Source: Marinobacter sp. (GTDB lineage: Bacteria; Pseudomonadota; Gammaproteobacteria; Pseudomonadales; Oleiphilaceae). From it: a DNA stretch of 64,000 nt. The stretch covers positions 1,287 to 65,286 of the forward strand of contig JBALXR010000002.1 in NCBI GenBank assembly GCA_036960525.1, in the 5' to 3' direction. Position 1 is the first letter of the stretch, and every line of letters starts with the position of its first letter. The translations under genes were made by a program, and so were the position numbers. Below, piece after piece: positions 41,137 through 51,901 of the stretch. The notes beneath the pieces are model-generated. The model did not search any database and had not been told where the DNA came from. It saw nothing but the letters and a program-made list of their open reading frames with translations.

Positions 41137-42600
41137 TCAGAACAGAGCAGCGTTAAGCCAAAGGTGGGAAAGTATGGCCAGCACGTAGCCAAGAGCAATA
41201 GCCGGAGTCCAGCGCAGGTGGCTCATAAACGTGTAGTGGCCACGGGCCTGGCCCATCAGTGCCACACCGGCAGCCGAGCCAATAGACAGCATCGAACCGC
41301 CCACACCGGCCGTAAGAGTAACCAGCAACCACTGGCCGTGGGACATGTCCGGGTTCATTGACAGCACCGCGAACATCACCGGTATGTTATCCACCACCGC
41401 CGACAACAAACCCACCGCCGAGTTGGCCAGCGTGTGATTCCAGTCATTATAGATAACGTTGGATATTTCAGACAGATAACCAATGTAACCAAGACCACCC
41501 ACCGCCAGCACCACACCGTAGAAGAACAGCAGAGTGTCCCATTCCGCACGGGCAATCGGGTTGAACACGTTAAACGGCAGCGCCTTGTCCAAGCGGTTCA
41601 GCAAGCGGAAATCTTGATGTACTTCGGCCCGTTTACGTTCTTTTTCCACATGCTGCTTGAAAGTCTGACCCAGGTAATAACCAAATATCTGGAGGTATCC
41701 CAGACCCATCATCATGCCCACCACCGGCGGCAAGTGCAGAAAGTTGCTGCCGCAAACAGCGGTGATAATGGTCAACAAAAACAGCGCAACGCAGCGACGG
41801 GCACCGCGTTTCATAATGACCGCTTCCGTCGCCGGGTTGGGCATGTCATTGGGAATGAAGAAACTCATGATAATGGCCGGCACCGTGAAACTGATAAGCG
41901 CAGGTATAAACAAGTCAAAAAACTCGGTGAAATTAACCACACCCTTTTGCCACACCATCAGCGTGGTGATATCGCCAAAGGGCGAAAATGCACCACCGGC
42001 GTTGGCCGCCACCACAATGTTAATACAGCCCAGGCTGATAAATTTTGGACTGTTCTCACCTACTTTCAGCAGTACCGCGCACATCAGCAAAGCGGTAGTC
42101 AGGTTGTCAGCCACCGGAGATATGCAAAATGCCAACACACCGGTAATCCAGAACAGACTCCGGTAACTAAAACCTTTGCCTACCAACCAGGCCCGCAAGG
42201 CGTCAAACAGCTGCCGCTCCTCCATAGCGTTTATGTAGGTCATCGCCACCAACAAAAACAGCATCAGCTCGGAAAATTCCAGTAAGTTGTGGCGCAGTGC
42301 CACTGCGGTGCTTTCGTTATCACCATTGGCCACGTAAACCGCGGCTATCGCAAACCAGATCAAACCAGCGGCTATCAACACCGGCTTGGATTTTCGCAGA
42401 TGCAGTTTTTCTTCCATCATGACGAAAATATAGGCAATCACAAACAGCATAATGGCAATGTAGCCTACCGGATGGTTGGTCAGGTCCATGCTCTCGGTTG
42501 GTGTGGCCAAAGCAGAACCACTGAAAGCAAATACGGCAAAAAATACACTGAGGAGGAACACAGACCAGCGCCGGACGGCCGCAGCTAGAGGGAGTGACAT
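41137..42600 (-). CDS. nhaD: Na+/H+ antiporter NhaD
   Basis: EEKLHLRKSKP, ADNLTTAL, GGAFSPFGDITT, VDNIP and SIGSAAGV. Confidence 0.92.
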   Translation of the reverse strand: MSLPLAAAVRRWSVFLLSVFFAVFAFSGSALATPTESMDLTNHPVGYIAIMLFVIAYIFVMMEEKLHLRKSKPVLIAAGLIWFAIAAVYVANGDNESTAVALRHNLLEFSELMLFLLVAMTYINAMEERQLFDALRAWLVGKGFSYRSLFWITGVLAFCISPVADNLTTALLMCAVLLKVGENSPKFISLGCINIVVAANAGGAFSPFGDITTLMVWQKGVVNFTEFFDLFIPALISFTVPAIIMSFFIPNDMPNPATEAVIMKRGARRCVALFLLTIITAVCGSNFLHLPPVVGMMMGLGYLQIFGYYLGQTFKQHVEKERKRAEVHQDFRLLNRLDKALPFNVFNPIARAEWDTLLFFYGVVLAVGGLGYIGYLSEISNVIYNDWNHTLANSAVGLLSAVVDNIPVMFAVLSMNPDMSHGQWLLVTLTAGVGGSMLSIGSAAGVALMGQARGHYTFMSHLRWTPAIALGYVLAILSHLWLNAALF

Positions 42601-42813
42601 TACTAGGCACCTGAAAGTGTTCTTGGGTTTTGGTAATTTAGAGCGCGATCTAAGAGTGGGCTCTATTAGAGCGCGAAGCGGTTGCAAAGAGCTTGACTGA
42701 TGTCGGTTAAAGCCGCTTTTTTGTTAACTACCCATTGGTTTACATAATAAATATTTCAGCAATTTGCACCCGGCGCCGTACCGCTGCCCACGGAAGCGGC
42801 GCCGGACTTGTCT

Positions 42814-44505
42814 TCAGGGCACGGGCAGATCCGTCACTGCACCGGTCGACGCCGAGCTCACGGTGCGCGCGTACTTGGCTAGCACGCCGCGAGTATAGCG
42901 CGGTTGCGGTTGCTGCCAAGCTTCGCGGCGGCGTTGCAGTTCAACGTCACTAACGCTCAGCTCAATACTGTCGGCCACGGCATCAATCACAATTTCGTCG
43001 CCGTCTTGAACCAAGGCAATAGGGCCGCCATCAAAGGCTTCCGGGGTAACGTGGCCGACTACGAAGCCGTGGCTGCCACCAGAGAAACGACCGTCAGTTA
43101 TCAAAGCCACATCGCTGCCAAGTCCGCGGCCCATAATCGCTGATGTGGGTGACAGCATTTCACGCATGCCCGGCCCACCGCGTGGGCCCTCGTAGCGAAT
43201 GACCAGCACATCGCCAGCTACTACGGTGCCATCCAGGATTCGCGCCTGGGCTTCTTCTTCCGAACCAAACACCCGCGCCCGACCTTTAAAGTGGGTGCCT
43301 TCCTTACCGGTAATTTTTGCCACAGAACCTTCCGGCGCCAGATTACCAAACAGAATGCGCAGGTGGCTTTCCGCTTTGATGGGCTGATCCAGAGGCATAA
43401 TGATTTTCTGGCCGTCGGCATAAGGTTCTACCGTGGCCAGGTTTTCCGCCAGGGTTTTGCCGGTTACCGTCAGACAATCGCCGTGCAGCATGCCAGCGTC
43501 TAGCAGCATTTTCATTAGTGGCTGAATGCCGCCAATGGCCACCAATTCGCTCATCATGTAGTGCCCGCTAGGGCGCAGGTCCGCCAACAATGGAACCTTC
43601 TTACCAATGCGGGTGAAGTCATCCAGGGTCAGCTCTACACCCGCCGTGTTGGCCATACCAATCAGGTGCAGTACGGCGTTGGTGGAACCACCCAAGGTGA
43701 TGATCACAGTGATGGCGTTTTCAAAAGCGTGCTGAGTCATAATGTCGGAAGGTTTGATATCTCGATCCAACAGATTCATGACCGCGGCGCCGGCGGCTTC
43801 GCAGTCGGCTTTTTTGTCATTCGACACCGCGTTCTGCGCCGAGCTGCCGGGCAGGCTCATACCCAGCGCTTCGATGGCCGAAGCCATGGTGTTGGCCGTG
43901 TACATGCCGCCACAGGAACCGGGGCCCGGAATGGCGGTTTCTTCAATCTGCTTCACTTCAATCAGCGACAGCTCGCCCTTGGCATGGGCGCCCACCGCTT
44001 CAAACACGGAAATAATGTCGGTGTGGCCTTCGCCGGGTAAAATAGTACCGCCGTAAACAAACACGCTGGGCCGGTTCAGCCGCGCCAGGCCCATGATGCA
44101 GCCAGGCATGTTTTTGTCACAGCCGCCAATGGCCACCAGACCGTCAAAACCTTCACAACCGGCCACGGTTTCAATAGAGTCGGCGATGACTTCCCGCGAC
44201 ACCAGGGAATACTTCATGCCTTCGGTGCCGTTGGCAATACCATCAGAAATAGTAATGGTGTTAAAAATAACGCCTTTGCCACCGGCCTGGTCCGCACCCT
44301 TACAAGCAATGTCGGCCAGCTCGTTAATGTGGCTATTACAGGGGGTGACCATACTCCAGGTGGACGCAATGCCGATCTGCGGTTTACTGAAATCTTCATC
44401 GTTAAAACCGACGGCCCTCAGCATGGAGCGGCTGGCGGATTTAGCCACACCGTCCACAACCGGGGAAGAATAACGGCGGCGAGGGTCTTGGGGGGTATCA
44501 CTCAT
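42814..44505 (-). CDS. ilvD: Dihydroxy-acid dehydratase
   Basis: [38 protein letters not shown] and TDGRFSGG. Confidence 0.97.
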   Translation of the reverse strand: MSDTPQDPRRRYSSPVVDGVAKSASRSMLRAVGFNDEDFSKPQIGIASTWSMVTPCNSHINELADIACKGADQAGGKGVIFNTITISDGIANGTEGMKYSLVSREVIADSIETVAGCEGFDGLVAIGGCDKNMPGCIMGLARLNRPSVFVYGGTILPGEGHTDIISVFEAVGAHAKGELSLIEVKQIEETAIPGPGSCGGMYTANTMASAIEALGMSLPGSSAQNAVSNDKKADCEAAGAAVMNLLDRDIKPSDIMTQHAFENAITVIITLGGSTNAVLHLIGMANTAGVELTLDDFTRIGKKVPLLADLRPSGHYMMSELVAIGGIQPLMKMLLDAGMLHGDCLTVTGKTLAENLATVEPYADGQKIIMPLDQPIKAESHLRILFGNLAPEGSVAKITGKEGTHFKGRARVFGSEEEAQARILDGTVVAGDVLVIRYEGPRGGPGMREMLSPTSAIMGRGLGSDVALITDGRFSGGSHGFVVGHVTPEAFDGGPIALVQDGDEIVIDAVADSIELSVSDVELQRRREAWQQPQPRYTRGVLAKYARTVSSASTGAVTDLPVP

Positions 44506-44731
44506 GGCGCTGTGTCCTTGTTTTTGTCGTCCTGTCGTTGCGGGTGACAGGCGGCTTTAAGAGGGTTGGCCCGCAAGTTTACACCAGGACTCCACAGCGC
44601 TGAAATATTACCGCGAATGACGGCAAAAAATGGGTCACACTTTTATTATTCTCTTATCAGTCACCATAATGGCGCTCCCGGCTTCCTGCCCGGCGCAGGT
44701 TGAAAACAGCCGCACCGCACATTGCTTCAGG

Positions 44732-45409
44732 TTAAACGGAGCCTTTACGGAACTGCCTTATAAATGCCTCAGACTCGGCGATGGAAACTTCAATATCGCG
44801 AATCAGACTGTCTACATTCTGGCGGATTTGTCCTAGCTCACCTTCTAAAGCGCCAATCGCCTGGGCATTCAGGTTGTGTTTAAGAAACAACACCTGATCT
44901 TCAAACGCTTCCAGCACCGGACCCATACTTTTTTCAACCTGATGCATACGGCTCATCAAACTGCTATAGCGTTCGCGGGTTTCACCCAGCTGGCGCTCGC
45001 TGTTCTCGCGCAAAGACTCACTCTTATACAGTTTCAGCTCGTCTTCCCACTCATCAAACAATGCAACGGAAACGTTCTCTACCGAGTCAATGCGGTCACT
45101 TACACGTTTTGCCGCGTTCACGCTTTTATTGTAAGCGTCGCTGATCGCGTCATACTTTTCCTGCAGGCCGGTATTGGGCGTATCCACCACGCTCTGAAAC
45201 CGCTCCAGTGATGAGCGGAAAGTTTCACGGGCGTCACTTTGGGCATCACGGGCTTCCCCAACCCTATCCACCAGAATATCGCGTTTTTCTACGCCTATTT
45301 TATCCATAGCACTGTAATACATAGAGCTGCAGCCGCTGAATAGCACCAACAAGCACAACAGGCCGGTTAAGCGGGTAACTGCGGAAAAATGCTTTATGGG
45401 TGTATACAT
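44732..45409 (-). CDS. DUF2959-family lipoprotein
   Basis: Lipobox FSGC, KRDILVDRV, LFDEWEDEL and DQVLFLKHNLNAQAI. Confidence 0.85.
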   Translation of the reverse strand: MYTPIKHFSAVTRLTGLLCLLVLFSGCSSMYYSAMDKIGVEKRDILVDRVGEARDAQSDARETFRSSLERFQSVVDTPNTGLQEKYDAISDAYNKSVNAAKRVSDRIDSVENVSVALFDEWEDELKLYKSESLRENSERQLGETRERYSSLMSRMHQVEKSMGPVLEAFEDQVLFLKHNLNAQAIGALEGELGQIRQNVDSLIRDIEVSIAESEAFIRQFRKGSV

Positions 45410-45523
45410 ACTGTGACTGGGTCCTTTTATCGCTGAATGCATCAGTTAACGCGTCTGTGTTTAACGAGCTGTTATACTCTTTATGCTTTGCAGCCCAACC
45501 ACCTTGGTAAACACGCCATCACA

Positions 45524-45991
45524 ATGCCTGATTCATCTACTATCCCACACTGCCCTTGTGGCAGCCAGAATACCTACGTCGAATGCTGTCAGCGCTATCA
45601 CCAGGGCACCCCTGCCCCCACGCCCGAAGCGTTGATGCGCTCACGTTTTAGTGGGTTTGCGCTTAAGCTTGGCGACTATGTGCGCACCAGCTGGCACCCA
45701 AGCACACGGCCGCCAACGCTGAATCTGGACGACACGCCAGACTGGGTGGCTCTGCGCATTCTGGGTAGCAACCAAACCGGCGACACGGGTCAGGTGCATT
45801 TTCAGGCCATTTACCGATTGCATCCGGGTTGGGGCTATTTGCAGGAACACTCGCAGTTTGTGCGGGAAGATAGCCGCTGGTATTACCTGCTGGGCGAGCC
45901 CCACGAAGGCGTTTTGAAACCCGGTCGAAATGAGCCATGCCCCTGTGGCAGCGGCAAAAAATTCAAAGCTTGTTGCCTTTCGTCTCAGTGA
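45524..45991 (+). CDS. ychJ: YchJ-family SEC-C motif protein
   Basis: CPCGS...CC, PEALMRSRFS, WHPSTRP and C-terminal GRNEPCPCGSGKKFKACC. Confidence 0.9.
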   Translation: MPDSSTIPHCPCGSQNTYVECCQRYHQGTPAPTPEALMRSRFSGFALKLGDYVRTSWHPSTRPPTLNLDDTPDWVALRILGSNQTGDTGQVHFQAIYRLHPGWGYLQEHSQFVREDSRWYYLLGEPHEGVLKPGRNEPCPCGSGKKFKACCLSSQ

Positions 45992-48455
45992 CGTCCACTA
46001 AGGTGATCACTACGCCATCAATCACATTATCTAACCGCCGGTACGGTATAATCCTCACTGAAAAAGATCGGTGGTCGTTTGTGACAATTTTCTTTTCACT
46101 GACGACCAGCGTACTCAGCGTTTGCCGGGCGTCTTCCTGCAGCCCCGGATAACTAAGACTGGTGCTCAGATCACTGAGCGGTCGCCCTATATCATTTTCG
46201 CGCAGGCTTATAATAGTCGCGGCTCGTTCGGTGAAACGCCGCACGTTCAAGTCTTGATCCAAAAACAGAACCGCAATTTCAATGCTGTTGAGCACATTCT
46301 GCATATCGCCTTGGGCAAGCGCAAGATCGTCCAGCTTGGTTTGCAGTTCTGCGTTAATGGTTTGCAGCTCTTCGTTCATTGACTGCATTTCTTCTTTTGA
46401 GGTTATCAGTTCCTCATTGGCAGACTGCAATTCCTCATTGGTAGATTGAAGTTCCTCATTCGATGTCTGAAGTTGCTCACGGGACCGCCTTGTCTCTTCG
46501 TTTAAACGTTCAATCTCTTGCTGATACCGATGAATCTCTACCGTGCTGCCCGCAATAGCGGACGGTGTCTGTTTTTCGCGTTTTTGTGGTAAATGCTCAG
46601 CTGCATCTCGGAACACCACCATGGTCATACCCTTCAATACAGGGGGTTCGCAAAAAGCCTGTACCGACACATCAACGGCCTTAATACCCGAATCGGTTTG
46701 TACCGGCAGTTCCTTGAGTTCGACCGGTTCCTGTTGTTCTGTGGCCTGTTTCAACGCCGTAAACAGTGGCGCACGCAGCCCGTCACGAGCCATGGCATGA
46801 ATGTTCCAATTGGATTTTCCAGCCGCGGGTTCCAAGTATTTTCCGGTACGTCCACTGATGTACACGATGTCTGCATCGGAGTTCAGAACCACGGCCGCGG
46901 GCGCATACAGCTGTAACAGAACATAGTCAGCTGCCAACTGCAGATTGTTGGTGATGTCGGGTGCGGGATCCTGGGGGGCTGGCACGGTTAGCTCCTTGGA
47001 AAGTATGGATAGCGGCGGAAACGATTTTAGCAAGAAATCGGTATTTCGAATGGATTCGTGAACCTTGTTTCGATAAAGCCGTAATTTTGGATTTAATGCC
47101 GAGAATAAATGGTTCAACCGGCCAACAGTTTCTGAACTACCCAACATTAATAACCCGTTCGGGCGGAGACTGTAGTGAAACAGCGGCAGAATTCTGCGTT
47201 GCAACGAGGCATCGAAATAGATCAGAAGATTGCGGCAGGCAATAAAATCCAGCTTGGTGAATGGTGGATCCAGAATCACATCGTGCTGGGCAAACAGAAC
47301 CCTGTCACGAATGAAAGGTCGTATCTGATAATGATTGTCATGCTTGGTAAAAAAACGGGACAGCCGCGCTTCAGACACAGAGTGTTCAATATTGAGCGGG
47401 TATTGCCCCCGTCGCGCCAACGCAATGGCTTCGGGGCTGATATCGGAGGCAAAAATTTGCAGATTCATTCCTTGGCCAGGCGTTAATACTTCCATCGCCT
47501 CTATAAAAACCATAGCGAGGGAGTAGGCCTCTTCGCCGGTTGAGCAACCCACCACCCAAGCGCGAAATGTATATTCAAGCGGGCGTGTTGCCATAAGTTC
47601 AGGCAACGCGTGGGTGGTGAGGTAATTCCAGATGTCAAAATCCCGGAAAAACTGGGTGACGCCGATCAGTATTTCCTGAAACAACATCTTTACCTCTTGG
47701 CTATTGCTCGCCAAGAAGCGACTGTAACCATCCAGATCCGAAATGCCATGGATCGCCATGCGCCGCACAATCCGACGATGCAGCGTAGTGGGTTTGTACA
47801 GGGAAAAATCGTGCCGGGTGTGTTGCCGCAGCAGCCGCAAAATCGATTCCATCGTTGTCGACGATGCGGCACCAGGCTGAATTGTGTCTGGAGCGAGAAC
47901 GCGCCGCACGTAGGCAAGAATGCGTTCCGGTAACTCGTCGGCGGGTGCCACAATGTCCGCACAACCGGCGGCTATGGCACTTTTGGGCATTGCATCGAAC
48001 TGAGCGGATTCAGGCGTTTGCACTACTGAAAGCCCGCCGGTAGCCTTTATTGCCTGCAGGCCCAAAGTGCCATCAGACCCCATACCGGAAAGTACAACGG
48101 CAATCGCCTGCTCGTTCTGTGCGCTAGCCAGCGATGAAAACAATACATCAATAGGCAGACGCAACCCTCTGGGTTGTGCTGGCGGAACCAGTTTCAAAGT
48201 TCCATCAAATACCCGCAGCTCCCGGTTCGGTGGAATAACATACACAGAATCCGCGCAAACCGGCATGTTCTGTTCCGCTTCTTGCACAGGCATATCTGTG
48301 CAGCGTTGCAGAAGCTCCGGCAACAGTGTCTTCTGGGTAGGGTCCAGGTGTTGCACCACCAGAAACGCCATTCCTGTATCGCAGGGCATATTGCAGAAAA
48401 ATTCTTCAAGAGCGGTCAGGCCACCGGCGGATGCCCCAATTCCAACAATTCGCAT
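45963..48455 (-). CDS. CheB methylesterase-CheR methyltransferase fusion with coiled coil and PAS
   Basis: CheB triad GASAGG/VQHL/SGMGSDG. CheR VTQFFRD, GCSTGEEAYS and CRNLLIYF. EELQSTNEEL heptads and a C-terminal PAS. Confidence 0.93.
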   Translation of the reverse strand: MRIVGIGASAGGLTALEEFFCNMPCDTGMAFLVVQHLDPTQKTLLPELLQRCTDMPVQEAEQNMPVCADSVYVIPPNRELRVFDGTLKLVPPAQPRGLRLPIDVLFSSLASAQNEQAIAVVLSGMGSDGTLGLQAIKATGGLSVVQTPESAQFDAMPKSAIAAGCADIVAPADELPERILAYVRRVLAPDTIQPGAASSTTMESILRLLRQHTRHDFSLYKPTTLHRRIVRRMAIHGISDLDGYSRFLASNSQEVKMLFQEILIGVTQFFRDFDIWNYLTTHALPELMATRPLEYTFRAWVVGCSTGEEAYSLAMVFIEAMEVLTPGQGMNLQIFASDISPEAIALARRGQYPLNIEHSVSEARLSRFFTKHDNHYQIRPFIRDRVLFAQHDVILDPPFTKLDFIACRNLLIYFDASLQRRILPLFHYSLRPNGLLMLGSSETVGRLNHLFSALNPKLRLYRNKVHESIRNTDFLLKSFPPLSILSKELTVPAPQDPAPDITNNLQLAADYVLLQLYAPAAVVLNSDADIVYISGRTGKYLEPAAGKSNWNIHAMARDGLRAPLFTALKQATEQQEPVELKELPVQTDSGIKAVDVSVQAFCEPPVLKGMTMVVFRDAAEHLPQKREKQTPSAIAGSTVEIHRYQQEIERLNEETRRSREQLQTSNEELQSTNEELQSANEELITSKEEMQSMNEELQTINAELQTKLDDLALAQGDMQNVLNSIEIAVLFLDQDLNVRRFTERAATIISLRENDIGRPLSDLSTSLSYPGLQEDARQTLSTLVVSEKKIVTNDHRSFSVRIIPYRRLDNVIDGVVITLVDVTETKGNKL

Positions 48456-49063
48456 CAGAATTTTTCAGGCACTGCCGTAATGCCGGTCAGTATCATCATA
48501 GTGCTATCCCCGGCGGCTGTGAGCGTCACACGGACTGCCATACACCTGCCATCCATTAGCTTCACCAAAGTCGTTTCTAAACCCTGCGCCTGCTTCCCGA
48601 CGTTGCCCAACAACCGGTTAACGACATCGCCCTGCCCGGGTGCCAGGAAGTCACACAACGCTTTGCCAGCCAGAACCATGGCGGATTCACCAAACAGTGC
48701 ACCTGCGGCGTGATTACCTTCGACAATCTGACCGTCGTTGGCAACCATTAAATAGGCTGCGGGCGCGTTTTCGTAGAGTGACTTGTAATGAGTCAGCTCC
48801 TCGGTGATGTCCTGTTCGTTTGCCTGAAGCTGTTCATAAAGAAGATCAAGCTCAACTTGGTGAGTTTTCAGCTCATGAAGTATTTTCAGAGCGTCGGCAG
48901 CAGATTCAGGGTTACTCGCACGCTGATACAACAGGGTTAGCGCATCCACACCAAGCGCACCGCCACTGCCTCGCGGCATTGCCCCTCTTTGAATGAGCGC
49001 CTCTGCGCTGCGACGCAGCCGGTCATGGTCTTCGGCTTTCGGGTATCCACAGGTAGCTGTCAT
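48455..49063 (-). CDS. Coiled-coil + PAS domain protein
   Basis: LHELKTHQVEL..., YKSLYENAPAAY PAS start. Its stop overlaps the cheBR ATG; RBS GGAGG. Confidence 0.8.
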   Translation of the reverse strand: MTATCGYPKAEDHDRLRRSAEALIQRGAMPRGSGGALGVDALTLLYQRASNPESAADALKILHELKTHQVELDLLYEQLQANEQDITEELTHYKSLYENAPAAYLMVANDGQIVEGNHAAGALFGESAMVLAGKALCDFLAPGQGDVVNRLLGNVGKQAQGLETTLVKLMDGRCMAVRVTLTAAGDSTMMILTGITAVPEKF

Positions 49064-49256
49064 CGAGCCTCCAAAAATCGACGTCACATTTACACTAATT
49101 AATACTACTCCACCTTGCCGCACCGAAGTAGCAAGCCCTTAATATTTGTGCAGAGATAAATTTGCTATGTGGGTTGCCGAACGGACGGCGCTCTTAACCT
49201 CAAGGTAAATTTATTAAATAAGGGTAGTTTTAATCACCAAAAATGGAGACTGCAAG

Positions 49257-50624
49257 ATGTCAAAATATCCCAGCTTCTCTCCCATAAAAGATGTGTTGCC
49301 TATGGGCATTTTGATAACCGATCGGAATGGTATCGGCATTTACAGCAATGCAGCTTATCAGAAGCTTTGCGGCCGATCGGGGGATGAATTGAGCGGGTCA
49401 CATTGGACCATGGTCGTCCATTCCCAAGACCGCGACGCAGCTGCAGTGCACTGGGATGCGGCCGTAATGATGAAAAATGCTTTTCTTTTCGAAGCACGAT
49501 TGGAGCTTCAGAATGGCGAGACTGTCTGGACACGTCACAACGCGGCACCCGTGTCGGATCATTTCTCGGATGATGGCTATATTCACGTAATTGAAGACAT
49601 AAGTTGTTATAAAGTTCAGGAGCAGGCGCGGCTAGTGGCGGAGGAACAATTGTTCGAAGAAAAGGAGCGAGCGCAGACCACGCTCAACTCCATTGGCGAT
49701 GCCGTGTTGAGTATCAATATTGATGGCCAGGTTACTTATATGAACCCAGTGTCAGAAACGCTGACCGGTTTCAATTGTGACGAGGCTGTGGGGCTGTCTT
49801 TGAACGAAGTTTTTTATGTAGTGGATGCACACAGCCTCGAACTGACGACTAATCCGACCCGGAAAGCTATTGAATCGGACAGTATTGTTACGCTGGACGC
49901 GAACACTTTGTTGATCGCCAAAAGCGGCGATACGCTGGCCATCGAAGGTTCTGCAGCCCCTATTCATGATTTCGATGCCGCAATTACAGGTGCGATCATT
50001 GTATTCCGTGGCGTACGGCTTTCACACGAAACCACCTCTCGCATGGCGCGCTTTGCGCAACACGACGCCCTAACAGGCTTATACAACCGCCATGCATTTT
50101 GCGAACGTTTCGAGCAGTCTTTGGCCTTGGCGCAACAGCATAAGACAAAGATGGGCCTGTTGTTCATCAATCTTGACAAATTCAAGCAGATGAACGATGC
50201 CCTTGGCCATGACGGCGGAGACACCATTCTGATTACACTCGCAAACAGGCTCCGAAGCTGCGTAAGATCCACGGATATGGTTTGCCGTTACGGTGGCGAC
50301 GAGTTTGTGGTGTTACTGAGTGAAATTGAAACACCTATGCAAGCATTTGATGTCGCCAAAAAAATAGGCGAAGCGGCGGCTGCAACCATAAAGATTGGGG
50401 AAAAAAATATTGCCCTTCAGCTCAGTATCGGGGTCAGTGTGTACCCGGAAAATGGAAATACTCCCAAAGCACTGCTAAAAATAGCGGATTTAGCCATGTA
50501 TCGAATTAAAACCGCAAAACGCCGAACATCTGACGAAAAAAGCCCGGTGGCCATATCAGAGAACCAAAATAATTGGCCTAAAGAATGGATCCGTAGGACG
50601 ACAGACGTTCGCTTTCCCTCTTAA
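49257..50624 (+). CDS. PAS-PAS-GGDEF diguanylate cyclase-like protein
   Basis: Two PAS domains, HDALTGLYNR, RSTD I-site, RYGGDEF and SIGVSVYP. Confidence 0.92.
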   Translation: MSKYPSFSPIKDVLPMGILITDRNGIGIYSNAAYQKLCGRSGDELSGSHWTMVVHSQDRDAAAVHWDAAVMMKNAFLFEARLELQNGETVWTRHNAAPVSDHFSDDGYIHVIEDISCYKVQEQARLVAEEQLFEEKERAQTTLNSIGDAVLSINIDGQVTYMNPVSETLTGFNCDEAVGLSLNEVFYVVDAHSLELTTNPTRKAIESDSIVTLDANTLLIAKSGDTLAIEGSAAPIHDFDAAITGAIIVFRGVRLSHETTSRMARFAQHDALTGLYNRHAFCERFEQSLALAQQHKTKMGLLFINLDKFKQMNDALGHDGGDTILITLANRLRSCVRSTDMVCRYGGDEFVVLLSEIETPMQAFDVAKKIGEAAAATIKIGEKNIALQLSIGVSVYPENGNTPKALLKIADLAMYRIKTAKRRTSDEKSPVAISENQNNWPKEWIRRTTDVRFPS

Positions 50625-51324
50625 CCACCGCGTAGCATTCGCAGCTAAGCGCTTCGAGTGCAGGCCTGTTGATGATCGTTATGTGGCCACGGCAGTATTG
50701 AATTACACCCAAATCCTTCAATTTCCCAGCAGCTTCCGTAATACCCTCGCGGCGAACACCCAACATGCTGGCAATCAACTCTTGGGTCATCGCCAGTCGG
50801 TTACTCCCAAGTCGATCCAGCGACAACAGGAGCCAGCGGCACAATTGCTGATCAATGGAGTGATGGCGATTGCACACGGCCGTTTGAGACATCTGGCTAA
50901 TCAGTGCCTGGGTGAAGCGCAACATCAACACACGCACCCCGGAATCGGCATTGAATATGCCTTTTAGCTCTGCTGCAGGCAGCCGGTATGCAACACCGGA
51001 ACTTTGCACAACCGCCCGATTGGGGGTGCTCTCGCCCCCCATGAATACAGCAACCCCAACCATGCCCTCAAAACCCACTGCCGCAATTTCAGCAGAAGCA
51101 CCATTCTCCAGAACGTATAGCATTGAAATTATGCCACTCGTCGGAAAATAGACGTAATCGACGGACTGACCGGATTCGTAAATAACATCGCCCAGTTTGA
51201 GCTTCACCAATTTCAGGTGCGGGAAAATCCGCTCTCTGACGTTACACGGAAAAGCGGCCAGCAAATGATTCTGTTCAGGGGAGTGGACCGCTGTCGTATC
51301 CATCTGGTCACCCTTACTTTGCAT
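50578..51324 (-). CDS. Crp/Fnr-family transcriptional regulator
   Basis: QNHLLAA, YVYFPTSG, GFEGMVG, CNRHHSIDQQLCRWLL and HTH TQELIASMLGVRREGITEAA. Alternative start at 51303. Confidence 0.93.
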   Translation of the reverse strand: MQSKGDQMDTTAVHSPEQNHLLAAFPCNVRERIFPHLKLVKLKLGDVIYESGQSVDYVYFPTSGIISMLYVLENGASAEIAAVGFEGMVGVAVFMGGESTPNRAVVQSSGVAYRLPAAELKGIFNADSGVRVLMLRFTQALISQMSQTAVCNRHHSIDQQLCRWLLLSLDRLGSNRLAMTQELIASMLGVRREGITEAAGKLKDLGVIQYCRGHITIINRPALEALSCECYAVVKRESERLSSYGSIL

Positions 51325-51332
51325 TCCGCGGG

Positions 51333-51566
51333 TCAGTGTCGTAACAGGGCGTTGAGTTCATCAATGGCCTCGGCCCAGTCGCTGTCGTCTTCCAGACCTT
51401 CTCGTAAAAACTGGGACTGGCCCAGACTCCAGAAATCTGCGTCTGCTAGCACAACTTCAGGTGCCAGTGGAGAATGCTGACGCACAAACTGCTCCATGCC
51501 GGCGCTATCTGCTGACAGACCTAATTGCTGAAACAAGGTAGAAAGGTTGTGTTTGTTGGTATCCAT
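51333..51566 (-). CDS. DUF2789-family protein
   Basis: LSTLFQQLGL, LADADFWS and DSDWAEAIDELN. Confidence 0.85.
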   Translation of the reverse strand: MDTNKHNLSTLFQQLGLSADSAGMEQFVRQHSPLAPEVVLADADFWSLGQSQFLREGLEDDSDWAEAIDELNALLRH

Positions 51567-51718
51567 AGGCGGTCTCTTTCTTGGCAAAATCAGATTTACA
51601 CCAAACTTTAGCCAACTTTCTGAATCTTTCCAATGGCGCCGGTGCTTAAGCCAATACTCTATCTGGCTAAAGGCGCGTCTGAAAGAAGTTTGTCGTAAAG
51701 TTATTTTCTATTGTTGTT

Positions 51719-51814
51719 TTACTTCCCGACGTTAAACGAGCCAAAAATCTTGCCCAACAGCTCATTCTGCGTTATCTGTCCGGTAATTTCTCCTAGTGCA
51801 TCCTGCGCGGCACG
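51719..51814 (-). repeat. Decayed direct repeat of the last 96 bp of mnmE (att-site relic)
   Basis: Translates to [31 protein letters not shown]. 78/96 nt are identical, ungapped, to 53738-53833 (manual count). Confidence 0.93.
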
Positions 51815-51901
51815 TGGGCGTTGAACTCATCAATAATTTCCCCGAATAAAATCAGAGTAGCGCTAAACTTCAGCACAACACTTATTGAAATGGAGTACTG
51901 A

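Noticed and set aside
46360-46465. 21-bp periodic repeats
   Set aside because: They encode the standard EELQSxN heptads of CheB-CheR fusions and are not a CRISPR or DNA-level repeat.
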